A DNA stretch of 64,000 bases from Eledone cirrhosa (lineage: Eukaryota), in assembly GCA_964016885.1 (NCBI GenBank), contig OZ024740.1, positions 394,754,001 to 394,818,000 on the forward strand, read 5' to 3'. Position 1 is the stretch's first letter; every line of letters begins with the position of its first letter. Below are positions 11,561-25,890 of this stretch, piece after piece. Below the pieces are notes generated by a model. That model ran no database searches and was not told the DNA's origin. It saw only the letters and a list, made by a program, of their open reading frames with translations. Made by a program: the position numbers and the translations under genes.

Positions 11561-14500
11561 TATGTTAGACAGTAATATATTGTTGAGGGAAAAACTTTGT
11601 TAGAAGTTTGGAAACATGGTACTAGCCAATTATTTATATCTTAACTGCTAGATTTAACGAATGATGTGAATTGTCATTACAGTAAAATCAAAATATCTAC
11701 TGTGCTGCTGCTATAGTTGTGAAGATTTCCTCATGCAAGTTTTATGTTATGTACAATTGTTTATATATATAAAAAAAAACATTACTTAGATTTGGCACAA
11801 AAAGATCAACATCCATTGACACGCTTGGCAAGTCCACAACCATTAAGCTAAATACTGAAAAGTGGTTGAATTGACATAGGAGAGATAGATGCGTTTTGAA
11901 ACCTGAATTCCGCAGTGGCCAACTTATTTTATCGACCCCAAAGAGAAGTCTAGAAACCCATAAATCAACTGTAATCAGGCATCTTTACGCAAAGGCTTTT
12001 GTTTAACCTGTTTTTATCCAAATATATTGGTTCACTATTCTTCGTCTTTACTCCCGTTCCGAAATACACTGCACTTCGGACCGCCATATGAGTGTTCAAC
12101 GAGCATATCAATTGGTGTTATTATGAGAAACGCTTTGTTAGCGTTTTTTTATTTATGAGAAATGGTTGATCACCTCTTCTCCAATGTTGAAAATAGCGAC
12201 ATCATGGGCTGTTCCTCAAGATCCTTGTTACGACCTTAATATTTGATTGGTAGTTTAATTATCATCCCAAAATTATGAATGAAAAATTTGAGCTCGGACT
12301 GGATTTAAACTCAAAGAGCAGAGAACCGAAACAAATATTAGACATTTTATCCAACACTGATGACATTGCTAATTCACCGAATTTTTTCAATACTCCCAGG
12401 TTTATATTATATAATTATTTATTACTCCAAATGCTTTATAATATTCAAAGCTGTTGCTGCTGTTGTTGTTGTTTTTCAGTCCCCATTTTACTGATGAATC
12501 GCCTTCGACGCTGTTTTTATTTTTCAGACATATTATATCTAGGCCTACATTATCGAATGCGCAATTTTTATATTTTTTACAGCAGTATAGTGTGGTGTAT
12601 GCTAGGGATAGCACATGAAGGCGAATTATACGATCGCTCGACCTGCTACACATATTAGAAATAGCAACCAAAACCACCTCAAATTTCACCCTACCATCCA
12701 AACCAGTGAAGTAATCTCGTTTCTAAAGTCATATACCACCATGCTTTCATAGTTATCACCGGGACGTTTATCTAGATCACTCTCAAGGAGAATAACTGCT
12801 ATTCTCCTGTATAGGTTATATATTGTATAAGACCATTAATGTATATAATGAAGATATCATTATTAACTATATATAATCAGATGACAATCAAAGTTGATTT
12901 GTGACAAGCTGATTTCAATTCCTACCAGATGTTAATTTACTTCCTTTAAGCAAAGAATCCTCTTCACACGACAACTTCAAGAGACTGTTCATGAGAAATG
13001 CTTATTATACGGTGAGCATGGATTAGCAACGAAACGGTTTAAACTTCGTATCCTCTTAATGACTTTGCCTTAACACTTAATTATCAATGAACGAGTATAC
13101 TTAATTATAAGTTGTTATTGTTCTTGATGTAGAGCCCTAAGTCAATTGTGATCGAGCAAACTTATGATCAGAAACGTTGCAGCCGTGACCATCTAGTCGT
13201 ATTTTCAGGTATGCTTGTGCTAAGGTTCCCTTATTCAATGTTTTCAACTCTTTAGAAAAAGAATCTGTAGATGTGATTTAAAAGAAAATTGACTGCTATT
13301 TTTAGCAACGCGTGGGACCACACAAAACTTTCTTTGTTGACTCGTCTCCAACTTACTTGTTACTGTCTTCTCTTTCCTTATGTAACGGCACGTCAGTCCT
13401 GATTGAGCAGATTTACAGCCAAATACTTTCCAACCGTAGCCAACCCTCCCTTTATTATTCAATGTGTCCTTCCTTCATTTAAAACGGTAGGGTGTAATTT
13501 GAGTGGGATTTGGCTGCTATTTTTTAAATCCTTTCGCTCATTCGCTTCTCTTCCACTCCTAATAATGTCTTGACAGCCTAAAATCGCTCTGTAACAGCAT
13601 GGCACCTTGAGCATTTAACTAATCAGCAACAGTTTTAAACGGTACATTTGTTGTACGAATTTCTACTTAATTTAAAAGCAAGGTGATGAAGACGAGGAGA
13701 AAGAAGAAAAGAGGGTGAAGGAGGAGAGAGTAGAGAAGTACCTGAGATATTTACGCCTTGACTACTCCGTCTTCTTAGAGGTTAGTGTGTAATTTGAATG
13801 GATTTGATAGATATTTCTAGCAGTTTGGGTGACCACATAGGGGTTCCTGCATTGGCTCGTTATCATAATTAGGTACGACAGGGAGTTCATAGTATCTAGC
13901 AAAGATTTATCACTAATCTCAACTGAATAGATAAAAAATCAGATAAGCATCGATTATATATATCCCTTTCGTTCGTAAAAAGTGATTAACTATCATAAAT
14001 CTCTAATTGTGTCTGGATATTAAATCCATGGAAATGTTACTCCGTAATATATTCTTCTTTGCATCATTATATGTCCACATGTGGAATATAGATTTTAACG
14101 CATGAAACAAATATAGGGAGATGAGGGAGAAAGAGAGAGAGAGAAAGGGAGGGGGGGGGGGCGAGAGAGAGCGAGAGAGAGACAAAGTGGCTTTGATCTA
14201 GCAATGTTTCGGTATGTATGTTTTCACAAATACATTTTTAAATAACAGATGTTTTCTATCATTTATTTAACCATATATCCGTGGAAGTAAGGAAGACCCC
14301 ATAACTTTAATAGACATTTTTCTCATAAATCAGCGATGGCATAACATTGATACGTATGTCAACGGAGATATATGATGAACTTTGGGAGAAATTCTCCCTC
14401 CAATATGTCATAAAAATCTTATCTTTAAACATTTACTTAAAACTAAAATACATGTTTAAATAAAAATTACGCTCCAATAAAATGATTAATAAAAACATTT

Positions 14501-14689
14501 CGATATACCAGATTAAAACGTTTTGCCATCAGTGGAAAAGTTAGTATGACAAACGTGCTTTTTTAGTTGTTGTAAATTGATTAGTTGTTTTGTTGGAAAT
14601 ATTGGTGGCATGTTGTTTCAGAAAGATGTCGTTTAATTGAGGTAGAATACATGGTGGCTGTAATTCAAAAGAAGCAGCGTTAGAAAACT

Positions 14690-15135
14690 GCATGATTATC
14701 CTTTGGGAGGATGTAGGCAACTGCTCCGTTCTTCCAGTCCTGCCGTACCTTACCAGTCTTTCAGATCTGGATGTATAACCACATCCATGAGGTGACGCAT
14801 TACCCTCCGCCTTTGAACATCTCTACGACGACGCCATCCATACCTGGTGACATGTTTTTATGGTTTTGATGGCCTTCTGTATTTCTTCACCCGAGCGTTA
14901 ATTGGGAGATGATAAGAAGGTATTTCGGTTACTGCCAGAGAATCAGGTTCATGTCGGTTTAGTACTTCCTCGACCCATGTCGCAAGGTTATCTTCACTTT
15001 TGGAGAGCAGGGTTCTATCCATTTTTTTGATCGGGCCTGACCAGCTTTTTGAGGTACCAGTGATCTTCTTGGCAATCCGATACACAGCACGCATATCATT
15101 TCGTTTAGCGCTGACCTCTGCTTCATTTATCTGTC
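14690..15135 (-). pseudogene. RTE-like LINE ORF2 fragment
   Basis: MRAVYRIAKKITG...NLATWVEEVLNR and downstream IWKTGKVRQDWKNG, typical of the region upstream of RT in RTE LINEs; frameshifted. Confidence 0.65.
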
Positions 15136-16159
15136 CTAGAGTCTTTTAGTTTGATAATGTTAAACCTCCTGGGTTGATGTCTTGTTTTTTTGCCGCTTCA
15201 GTTTGATCTTATTTTCGCGACGACTAAATAATGGCCGCTGCGGACATCGGCGCCTCAATATACTCTAACATCTTGCAAACATGTAGTTGCTTTAAAGTTC
15301 TCTGTCTTTTAGGCCAACAGGAGAACATTTATGTAGTCACTCTTCCTGTGAGAATTGATAACCATATCGCCTCTTATGATATACTCTCTTATTAAAAATG
15401 GAATGAATTGTTGAACAATGCATTCTTTAATGTACAAGGAAAAAGAAGGATGACTGGAAGTATGTTAGTCATAAATCAGGGATGCTGAATCAGAGATAAT
15501 ATAGGGTTAAATAAAAACAACAGCAATAACAAGAACAACATCAACGCTCACAAGAGAAACTACATGTAAGCATTTATTCATTTATTCATTTCCACAGTTA
15601 GCAGCAAACATAAATAAGCAAAGGAAGCGAATTATAAAACGTATTTCGGTTTCAAGAATCTACCGCCAGTGGTTACTACTCACAAATCTTGAATCCAGTG
15701 GCATATTTCTTTTCTGAAAGATACCATCAAGAGTGATGTTTATCGCAATAAGAATTATGATTAGCAGCTGTTGACAGTGTAATATACTTAGATGCTGAGG
15801 TTTATATGGATATGCGTATGTATTTATCCGTTAATTTGTTTATTCGTGTATATGTGCGCTTGTGGTTCTGCATCTATGTAGAACATGTACTTGAATGAGA
15901 CATCTTACCTACATCCAAATAAATATTCAAGCATATAAACATTTATTCAAAAATTATACACAACCAAACACAAACACACACTTATATTAATCTAGATCTC
16001 TCGCAATCTTTGTGTAACTATCTATCAATCTATTTATCTATATATCTTCATTTCTCTTCCCATTTCTCTCTCACACACATAGACACACGCGCGCACCCTT
16101 ATACGCACACATTTTCCTCTCTCTATTTCTCTCTTTCTCTATCACTCTCATATATATAT

Positions 16160-16752
16160 AGTGGTAAAAGACCGTTATTTTTGTAAAAGCCGACACAATG
16201 TGGTAGAAAAATACCATGAAAAGTGAAACAAAAGTGAAACAAACCAAAGTAATGTTTCACCCACAGTATTTAATTATTTTAGCATGATATTTCAAGGCTA
16301 AACCCTCTTTTCAAAGGCGAAGCTGAAGTAGTCCAAGACAAATCAGATTATTCTAGCTCGAGCATTTCTGACCTATTATTTATCTCTGGTTTTATTCGGC
16401 TGATGAAAATGGCCTCGCTAATTTTTAAATATCCTATGTAACATTGAGTCGCCTCTATGGTGACCTCAATCTCTTAGCGGTGGCATCATCAAGATGTTTT
16501 GTTTGTTTTAACGGAAGAGGTTTTCATTGTCACGTATTCCTTGATCTGAATGTGTAGCCTCTATATAGTACTGCTTGTGTATGACGAGCTACATTTTTTT
16601 GAAATATCATCGAGCTACATTTTTTTGAAATATCATGCTAAAATACATTGGGTAAAACATTACTTTCTTTTGATTCATTTGTCATCATTTACCCTTCCTA
16701 TTTTTCAACCACATTGTACCGGCTTAAAAAGAATTATCGGTCTTATACTACA
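16160..16752. mobile_element. Long-TIR MITE (~590 bp)
   Basis: About 130-bp imperfect inverted repeats: AAGACCGTTATT..AAGCCGACACAATGTGGTAGAAAAATA..TATTTTAGCATGATATTTCAA versus its reverse complement at 16620-16750. Confidence 0.75.
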
Positions 16753-16804
16753 TATTTTATAATGCTTCGTATTAACTACACTACTAAATATATATCAAGT
16801 AAGT

Positions 16805-16980
16805 TTGTTTTGAAATAGAAATAAAAGCTTTCACCGCATTTTTTTACTAGATACATTTTAGCCTGATAGTGGGGTTTAGAACGCTCTAAGAAATAGAAAA
16901 AGATGAATTTTCACGTACATACTTACCTTTTTCCATTCAGGCTAAAATTTCTTTAGTCAAGAAATACGGCGAAAGCGTCT
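16805..16980. mobile_element. Hairpin mini-element; second copy at 28510-28612
   Basis: GCTTTCACCGCATTTTTTTACTAGATACATTTTAGCCTGA / TCAGGCTAAAATTTCTTTAGTCAAGAAATACGGCGAAAGC arms, abutting TA repeats. Confidence 0.55.
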
Positions 16981-16993
16981 ATATATATGTATG

Positions 16994-17036
<43 letters not shown>

Positions 17037-17260
17037 TTATTTGTTCTTGTGCTTGTACGTGTGTACATACATGCAAATATGTCTAATTCCAAGTGAGACG
17101 AATTATCCCTCTCCCTTTTTCTCTCTAACCCCTTTACATATATATGCATATGCGCATGTGAACATGATACATTAGATGGATACTTCCTTGTATATGTATG
17201 TATAAATATATATATATATGTATATATATATTATGTGTATACACACATAAGTATATATAC

Positions 17261-17438
17261 AATAATTGTTTCTACTTTTGGCTCAAGGCCAGCAATTACC
17301 CAGTACATTACTGGTACTTTATTTTATCGATCCTGTAAGGATGAAAGGCAAAGTCAATTTCGGCGGGATTTGAACTCAGACAGTAAAGGGACGGAAGAAA
17401 GTATGGCGCCCGACCCTCTACCGATACTGCCATCCACA
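17261..17438 (-). mobile_element. SINE family A
   Basis: Reverse-complement match to 6757-6948. Confidence 0.85.
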
Positions 17439-17985
17439 TCGCAATTATCATTAATGTATATATACAATAATGATAATTGCAATGTTCAGATCTACATCTA
17501 ACCTTCGCAGTTATCAATAATATATGTATGGTCTTTCATGGAATAACAAATCGTATTTAGAAGAATATATATGACGTCGTGTGCATCAATTTAATTACAT
17601 CATCGTTCACTGATTGGCATATTGCATACGCAATCCTAATTATTACTCAACATTTTTAACATGAATATCGTCCGAAACGTTAAGACCCTTTTAATGCTAT
17701 TTCAAGCTTTAACCTAATATATTCCTTCCATATACTGTACCAATTGTGTTGTTTTCTGTTTACCTTTTACATTTTTTCAATCACATATTTTTATTTGTTT
17801 GACCCGAATTAATTGGTCGTTTTTATGGCTGTACGGATGATTGTTTAACCATCGTCTCAGTGTGTTTGGCCTTTAACGTATGTTGTAGCTCTGGTTCATC
17901 TGAATCATTGAGCGCTTGCCACACATCTCGGAAGTTGTTTTTCGTTAATTCCTAAGCCGAAATACGATTCTCGCTAATTTATATT

Positions 17986-18061
<76 letters not shown>

Positions 18062-18157
18062 CGCGTGTGTGTGTGTGTGTGTGTGTGTATACACGCGTAA
18101 CAGGTTGATACGCAATAAATATTTTTTATATGTAAACGAAACTCCTTGTTTTTCTAT

Positions 18158-18239
<82 letters not shown>

Positions 18240-18799
18240 ATCAATAATTTTCAGTTCCTTACATATGGATTAACTAATTGTTCATCTGACGACAATCTGT
18301 GACTAACGTGTTATCCACCCTCCGCCCCACACTTAATTTAAATGACTTACATTTTTTAACATGATATTTTACTTTCTTATCCTTGCTTTATATTTTATTT
18401 TATTTTCCAATGTTTCCATCCCGAGACTTTCGTGCTATAAAAACACCACACTTTTTTCCTCTGACATCACATAATTTCTATGTGTACTTGTTATAGCTTA
18501 ATTGCTATGAAGTAATATTTTGTCTTTTCTCTCTTACTCTCTACTGCCTTGTTCTCGTTCGTTATATTGTCCTCTCTGTTAATTTTTCCTACGTGTATAC
18601 ATATATATATGTATATATACATGAATTATGGATGCATTGTTATGTTACTGCCAACCCCTCGTTACGATCCTTAAATAACGACGAAAGTGTACCTGTTCGA
18701 AATAGTATTTTAAAAGTGAATGTAGCTTGCACAGCACTACCTCCACTTTCTGGTGTATGAAGTTGTTATTCAATGTGACAAATAGTATGACAAAACTGA

Positions 18800-18906
<107 letters not shown>

Positions 18907-18907
18907 C

Positions 18908-19089
18908 AGTCGATCGACTTTCGTAAAATCGGACCGAGGAAACAAATTACTATCTATCGGTCGCAACTCCAGGTAGAAGGAGAAATAAAGTGTCTTGCCC
19001 AAGGACACAACAAATTGCCCGGTTCGGGAATCACTCACAACCTCACGATTGCAAATTCAATTCTCTAACCACTCAGCCACGCGCCTTCA
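18908..19089 (-). mobile_element. SINE family B (tRNA head + CORE-like domain)
   Basis: Reverse complement has GGCGCGTGGCTGAGTGGTTAG (A box) and GTGTCCTTGGGCAAGACAC (CORE-like); homologs at 27489, 43847 and 62317. Confidence 0.8.
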
Positions 19090-19257
19090 ATGAATATATT
19101 ACGTCGAGTACGGTACGAGAAATGCAAGTTCGATAATCGTAGTCGACATGTGTTTTTAATCATTAGGGTACATATGACCAAATCTTTCGTCTCTTTTTAG
19201 TTAATCCAGCGTTGTAGCAACTTTATACAAACGAACATACTTTCAATTTATCATTAC

Positions 19258-19582
<325 letters not shown>

Positions 19583-20168
19583 TGTATATTCTGTCATTAC
19601 TACTATAGAGGTCCGACGAGCTTTTGACTCCAGAGTCGGGCCAGATCGATACAGATCGAACCTTCAGCTGATCAGTAGCGTTACCAACCAATAAACGTAA
19701 TGAAGGAGTAACCACTTGTCCTTGTATTATCATATATATATGTGTGTGTGTGTGTGTCTGTGTCTGTGTGTCTGTGTGTCTGTGTGTGTCTGTGTGTCTG
19801 TGTGTCTGTGTATGTGCGTATTGGGCTGGACACCCACCCTAGTAATATCAGATCTTCATATTTATAGACTTACTGGTAAATCTAGAAGCATTGCGCACCC
19901 TGATGTGCTGTCAAGTTAGCATTCATAATCCGTAAGGTGTTAGTTATTGTAAAGTCCGGTCTCAATGGAATACTTAATGCCATTCAAATATAACTTCCTG
20001 TATTACTGCTAACCAGTTTCAATATTGGGATAAATGCTAGCTTCAAATTATTGACAATTTTGTTATAAATTCTATATTCATGTATTGAATAGTGTTTTAT
20101 TGCTTCTTCCGACACCTGTACCTTATAAAGGTATTTTTTGCTCTACATATCCACACACGCTTACATAT

Positions 20169-20306
<138 letters not shown>

Positions 20307-20323
20307 TCTGTGTGTGTGTTGTG

Positions 20324-20379
<56 letters not shown>

Positions 20380-20621
20380 ATATGTAAGAAGGAAAATTCA
20401 ACTGATAAGGTATGTTTCCTTGTCTATGTCAACATTTATAAAACACTCTTTGTATTTTATCTGATGAATAGCGTACCAAAGTTTTTGGTACCCTTAAAAT
20501 ATATATAATAGAATAAATATGGTTTTATAAATATAGTTTCCATTTATTTAATATCATTGAATATTTACTCCAGATAACTGTTGAGTGCTCTGAATCAGTT
20601 ATAAACATTTATATTTGTTGA

Positions 20622-20658
<37 letters not shown>

Positions 20659-20705
20659 CGCACACAAACACATACACACATGCATATATACATGTGTATA
20701 TATAT

Positions 20706-20882
20706 ACTAATAATAATAAATTTGAAGACTAAAATCCAAAGAGGGCTCGATAAGGATAAATATATATCAAATATATAAGAACCGTAGAGCAAATATTTAT
20801 TAAAATAACAGATTAAAGTTTAAGCAAAGAATCGCTGCTTTCACCCTTCAGAAGATCCTTTAATATGTTATTTTAATAAATA
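20706..20882 (-). mobile_element. Hairpin+tail mini-element family F2
   Basis: TATTTATTAAAATAACA (20793-20810) / TGTTATTTTAATAAATA inverted pair; segments nearly identical to 35894-35971. Confidence 0.65.
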
Positions 20883-20900
20883 TATATATATAGATATATA

Positions 20901-21075
20901 TTATAATTTGTGAGAGGTCATGCTGCTAATTAAATATATGCACCAGTTGAGACTCACTTCGGTTTTATGTTATTAGTTAGGTAAATAATCCCTCATTGGC
21001 TGGCTTGGCAAACAAATGGTTATTAGTGTTAAAACTGTTTCGTCACACATTCTGCGACCTACTCAATGACGTTAT
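20901..21075 (-). mobile_element. Diverged terminal (pLTR) fragment related to the PLE at 33278-35876
   Basis: GAGGTCATGCTGC..GCACCAGTTG..TTTCGTCACACATTCTGCGACCT matches 33350-33532, including a decayed hammerhead. Confidence 0.7.
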
Positions 21076-21136
21076 GGGACCATTGTGTCCTCTACGCCTC
21101 GTTCTGATATTGCTTCAGCTTCTCAATGTATATGTA

Positions 21137-21220
<84 letters not shown>

Positions 21221-21266
21221 TACATATATATATATACATATATACATATACATTGAGAAGCTGAAG

Positions 21267-21297
<31 letters not shown>

Positions 21298-21324
21298 TAC
21301 ACACACACACATATATATATATAA

Positions 21325-21812
<488 letters not shown>

Positions 21813-22144
21813 AATAATACATACACATTCTGTGTGTATGTGTGTTGTGTGTATATATATATGTCTATGTTACAAAGTAGTTATTCTAGAAATGCTGACA
21901 TGTTGTTTTTCTGTACTTTTGATTTACGGGTAAATAAATCAATTCTACCAAACCATCCCCACACTATTCACTTCATACGAGAATACCATATATTTTAACC
22001 TTAATAATTTCAGTGTTAAAGAACTGCTGCCACTACTGTCAACCATTTGGCTTAAGTTAAATCAGTCAATCTTGCTCTCTCTTTCTTTCTCCCTCCCTGC
22101 CCCCCGATCTCCTTCTCTCTCTCTTTAATATATATAAATATATT

Positions 22145-22199
<55 letters not shown>

Positions 22200-22287
22200 T
22201 TTTTTAACTATAGAGCGCTTTCCAGCATAACTCTGATTTTGCGTTTCGTTTCGCTTTTTCTACCCGCCGAAATGCGATTCTCGCTGA

Positions 22288-22407
<120 letters not shown>

Positions 22408-22558
22408 GTGTGTATATATATATATGTATATATATGTATATATATATATATGTATATATATATATGTATATCTATATATATACATATATATATATATATA
22501 TTTATATTATATTATAACATACTATTATATATTATATTACATCATGTTATAAGAAGCA

Positions 22559-22770
22559 GGATTGGCAGTATCGGTAGAGGGTCTGACGCCATGCTTTGCA
22601 GCAAAGAGTTACGGCCCTTTATGGTCGTAGCAACAAATATATTATATCTTATTATATTTTATATTCCCGCCAAGGTTAACTTTGCCTTTCATCCTTACGG
22701 GGTCGATAAAATAAAGTACCAGTAATGCACTGGGTTTTTGCTGGCCTTGTGCCTAACGTAGAAACAATTA
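22559..22770 (+). mobile_element. SINE family A (B-box region replaced by AT-rich sequence)
   Basis: Match to 6757-6948. Confidence 0.8.
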
Positions 22771-23079
22771 TATTTTACTTGTTTTAGAAAACGGGTGATT
22801 GCTACATTTTCTATAGTCGTCCTTCCTTGGTTGGCCATTAATGTATAATAGAGTATGACACTGTCGCCCCTACTTGTGATTCTTGGCGTTCTGTTGGCTC
22901 ATCTGGCATCCTTGAAGAATGTCAAGATGCTTCTTGAAAAGTTTCTATCTACCCTATGCAGATACTTCAGTTAATTTTTTTTTTTTTTTTTTTTTTGCAT
23001 CATAATAAAGAGGTGGGAGTCTTGAATCTTATGCTATTGCTGTATTTGGTCCTTACACTAGATTTGGAGAACATTTGAT

Positions 23080-23162
<83 letters not shown>

Positions 23163-23969
23163 CATCAATGTCCTCCAAATCTCTCTCTATATATATATTG
23201 TAAATCTAGTGTAAGGACCAGATACATTAAGTGGCAGTAGCACTAAGATAGCGCTATGCATAATAGGGGTATATATGAAAGCATATACTATATATATATA
23301 TATATATAATATAACACATGAGAACTTCTCTATCACAGAAAAATATTTCTTCGGTATAAAATAATAATGAATTGTTCTGTCAACATGTTACATGTATCTC
23401 AGTAGACGTCGAAAATACCAGAAAGCTGTTTCGTGATTCGTAACGGTAGTGGCGGTAGAGGCGGCGGCATGTTGCTTAACCACAGACCAGCATTGTTCAA
23501 GCAGAGCTGTAATTGGAGGAGTTCTAGTAGTGAACACGATTATCCTAGTAGTCATATTTTAAAAAGTTACCAAGTGTGATTTGTTTGTGATTCAGCTGCT
23601 ATTTCTAGTAGATCGAGCGGTCATATAGAGACTCCATCGCCCATTTTGTCGTTATCCCTTAGTCTCAAATCAACCCTGATTGAGCCGAGCTATGTGTCAC
23701 CAAAACCTTTAATCAATGACAATCGTGTTTAAATACTCATTTACACATAATTGTTATACGTGTATGAGCCTGCTCCAATTATCTTATCAGCAAAGAATGT
23801 GCCTTCACATGTTATATATATGGAGGGGGAGGGGGTGGGGGCGTTGCATGCATGTATGTATATATAAATATATATATATATCAATACACACACACACACA
23901 GATATATATATATATACATACACACATACATATATGCATACATATACATATATACATATATATATATAC

Positions 23970-24042
<73 letters not shown>

Positions 24043-25015
24043 TACATTTATAGATACATATATGCACGCATACATACAAACAACATACGTACGTACGCTG
24101 TCTGTTGACATGATCTTGTGAATAGCAACTTTAATGAAACGATTTAAAAAAAAAAACTATGATGCCATAAGCTCAATGATATAAATAAGACTTAAGTTCC
24201 TGCGATAAATCCCTAGATGTCATCCTTCTAAATATAGTCTAAAAGCACTTCTAGTATTACGCATTGATATATATCTATGCGGTGCATGCTTTTAAAAGAT
24301 ATGAAGAGAAGCAATAAGAAAATTAATTGTTTAAATAGCATGTCGAAGGTTTGTTGCAGTTTATTTGTTTTCTTGTTTCCATTTATTATTTCTTAGCAAG
24401 CTTGCTTCTGACCTTCTCTCTCTTTAAGATTCTTTTTCAGTGAAAATGATCATAGTTTTATGTAAACTGGAAAGCGTTAAATAAATCTTTTGTCGATAAA
24501 ATTCTTAGTGTTCATCATTTTCTTCAGCACAGCGCTATTCAATCTGCATAAGATCATGAGTAGATATTACGTCACTAAATGATTCAAGTAACTCCATTCC
24601 ACCATATCTTCATATATTTCATTAATTCCGACTTGATCATATTGTATTGGTTCCTCAAACCCAGGGAATCGTCAAGCAATTTGAAAAGATTTTACTCTCA
24701 CTATGCCTTTCTCACATTTTCAATAACATATGGCAACCACGCCAAAATTCCTTTATATTAGGTTTAGTTTCACCTTCTAAGAACTTAATGAATTCCTTAA
24801 AGATGTGCTTTGAAGTATGTGCTTTGAAAGTCGCAATGACTCCCTGAAGACCTCTAGGTAGTTGCTCAGCCTGCAAGAAATAGCAGCAAAATCAGAAATG
24901 CTACCGTTTTATAAAAGGAAAGACCTGTTAGATTACAGATAGAATACCATTAATCATAGGTATTGTCAATCAGGGGCTAAAAAATGATAACAACATATGT
25001 ACAACATTTCTGAAT

Positions 25016-25200
25016 ATAATTGTTTCTACGTTTGGCACAAGGCCAGCAATTATATCAGTGTATGACTGGTACTTTATTTTATTGACCCCGTAAGGCAAAG
25101 TTAACCTCGGCAGGATTTGAACTCAAACCATAAAGGGCCGTAACTCTTTGCTGCAAAGCATGGCATCTGACCCTCTACAGATACTGACAATCCACCGCCC
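25016..25200 (-). mobile_element. SINE family A
   Basis: Reverse-complement match to 6757-6948. Confidence 0.85.
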
Positions 25201-25692
25201 GGGAAAAGTGTATTTTACGGGTTTGTTGGAATAAGAAAAAGTAGTGGCAACGTGAAGAAAGTAGAGGTATACAACTTGGCATTTTCGAGAAACAGAAAAC
25301 GTCGAAGTAACACTTTAAGATGGAGGATACACCATGTCTCTCTGATAATTATTATTGTGTGTGAGTCAATGAAGTTGTGTCAAGCAATCGAATCGTCGTG
25401 GTAACCCCGATCAATTAACCCTCGTATCAAAGGCATTTTAACCTGGGCCATACAATGTTTTTTTGGTGTTCAAGGAACTCAAGATCCCATCTCCAGTCTG
25501 ATAAGGAAGCTTAATATGACGTGGAAAATTGGCTCCTATTTCCAGCAGGCCCAGTGACCATGTAATAGATCCTACGTTGTTGATGTCATAACTGTTTAGC
25601 TACAGGTTATCACTAAGTAACTTTTTGACTGAATGTCTAATTAATTAATGAAGAATTTGGACGGGTTAACTGTTTCATTATTAAGAAGATAT

Positions 25693-25890
25693 GGGAGGTG
25701 GATTGGCAGTAGCAGTAGAGCGATAGACAACTTGCCTGAGGCATATAGTTACAGCCTTTTACGTTCTCAGTTCAAATCCCGCCGAGGTTAGCTTTGACTT
25801 TCATCCTTACGGGGTCAAGTAATGCATTGGGGTCGATATAATCGACTTTCAAATTCCTGGCCCCGTGCCAAATCTGAAAACAATTATTAA
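25693..25890 (+). mobile_element. SINE family A
   Basis: GTTCAAATCCCGCCGAGG B box and core. Confidence 0.8.

Noticed and set aside
23400-23445. Hammerhead (minus GAAACAGCTTTC); similar fragments at 19140-19167 and 28705-28730
   Set aside because: Only a possible 3' half or a mutated core; no intact CUGANGA and stems, so too weak to call.
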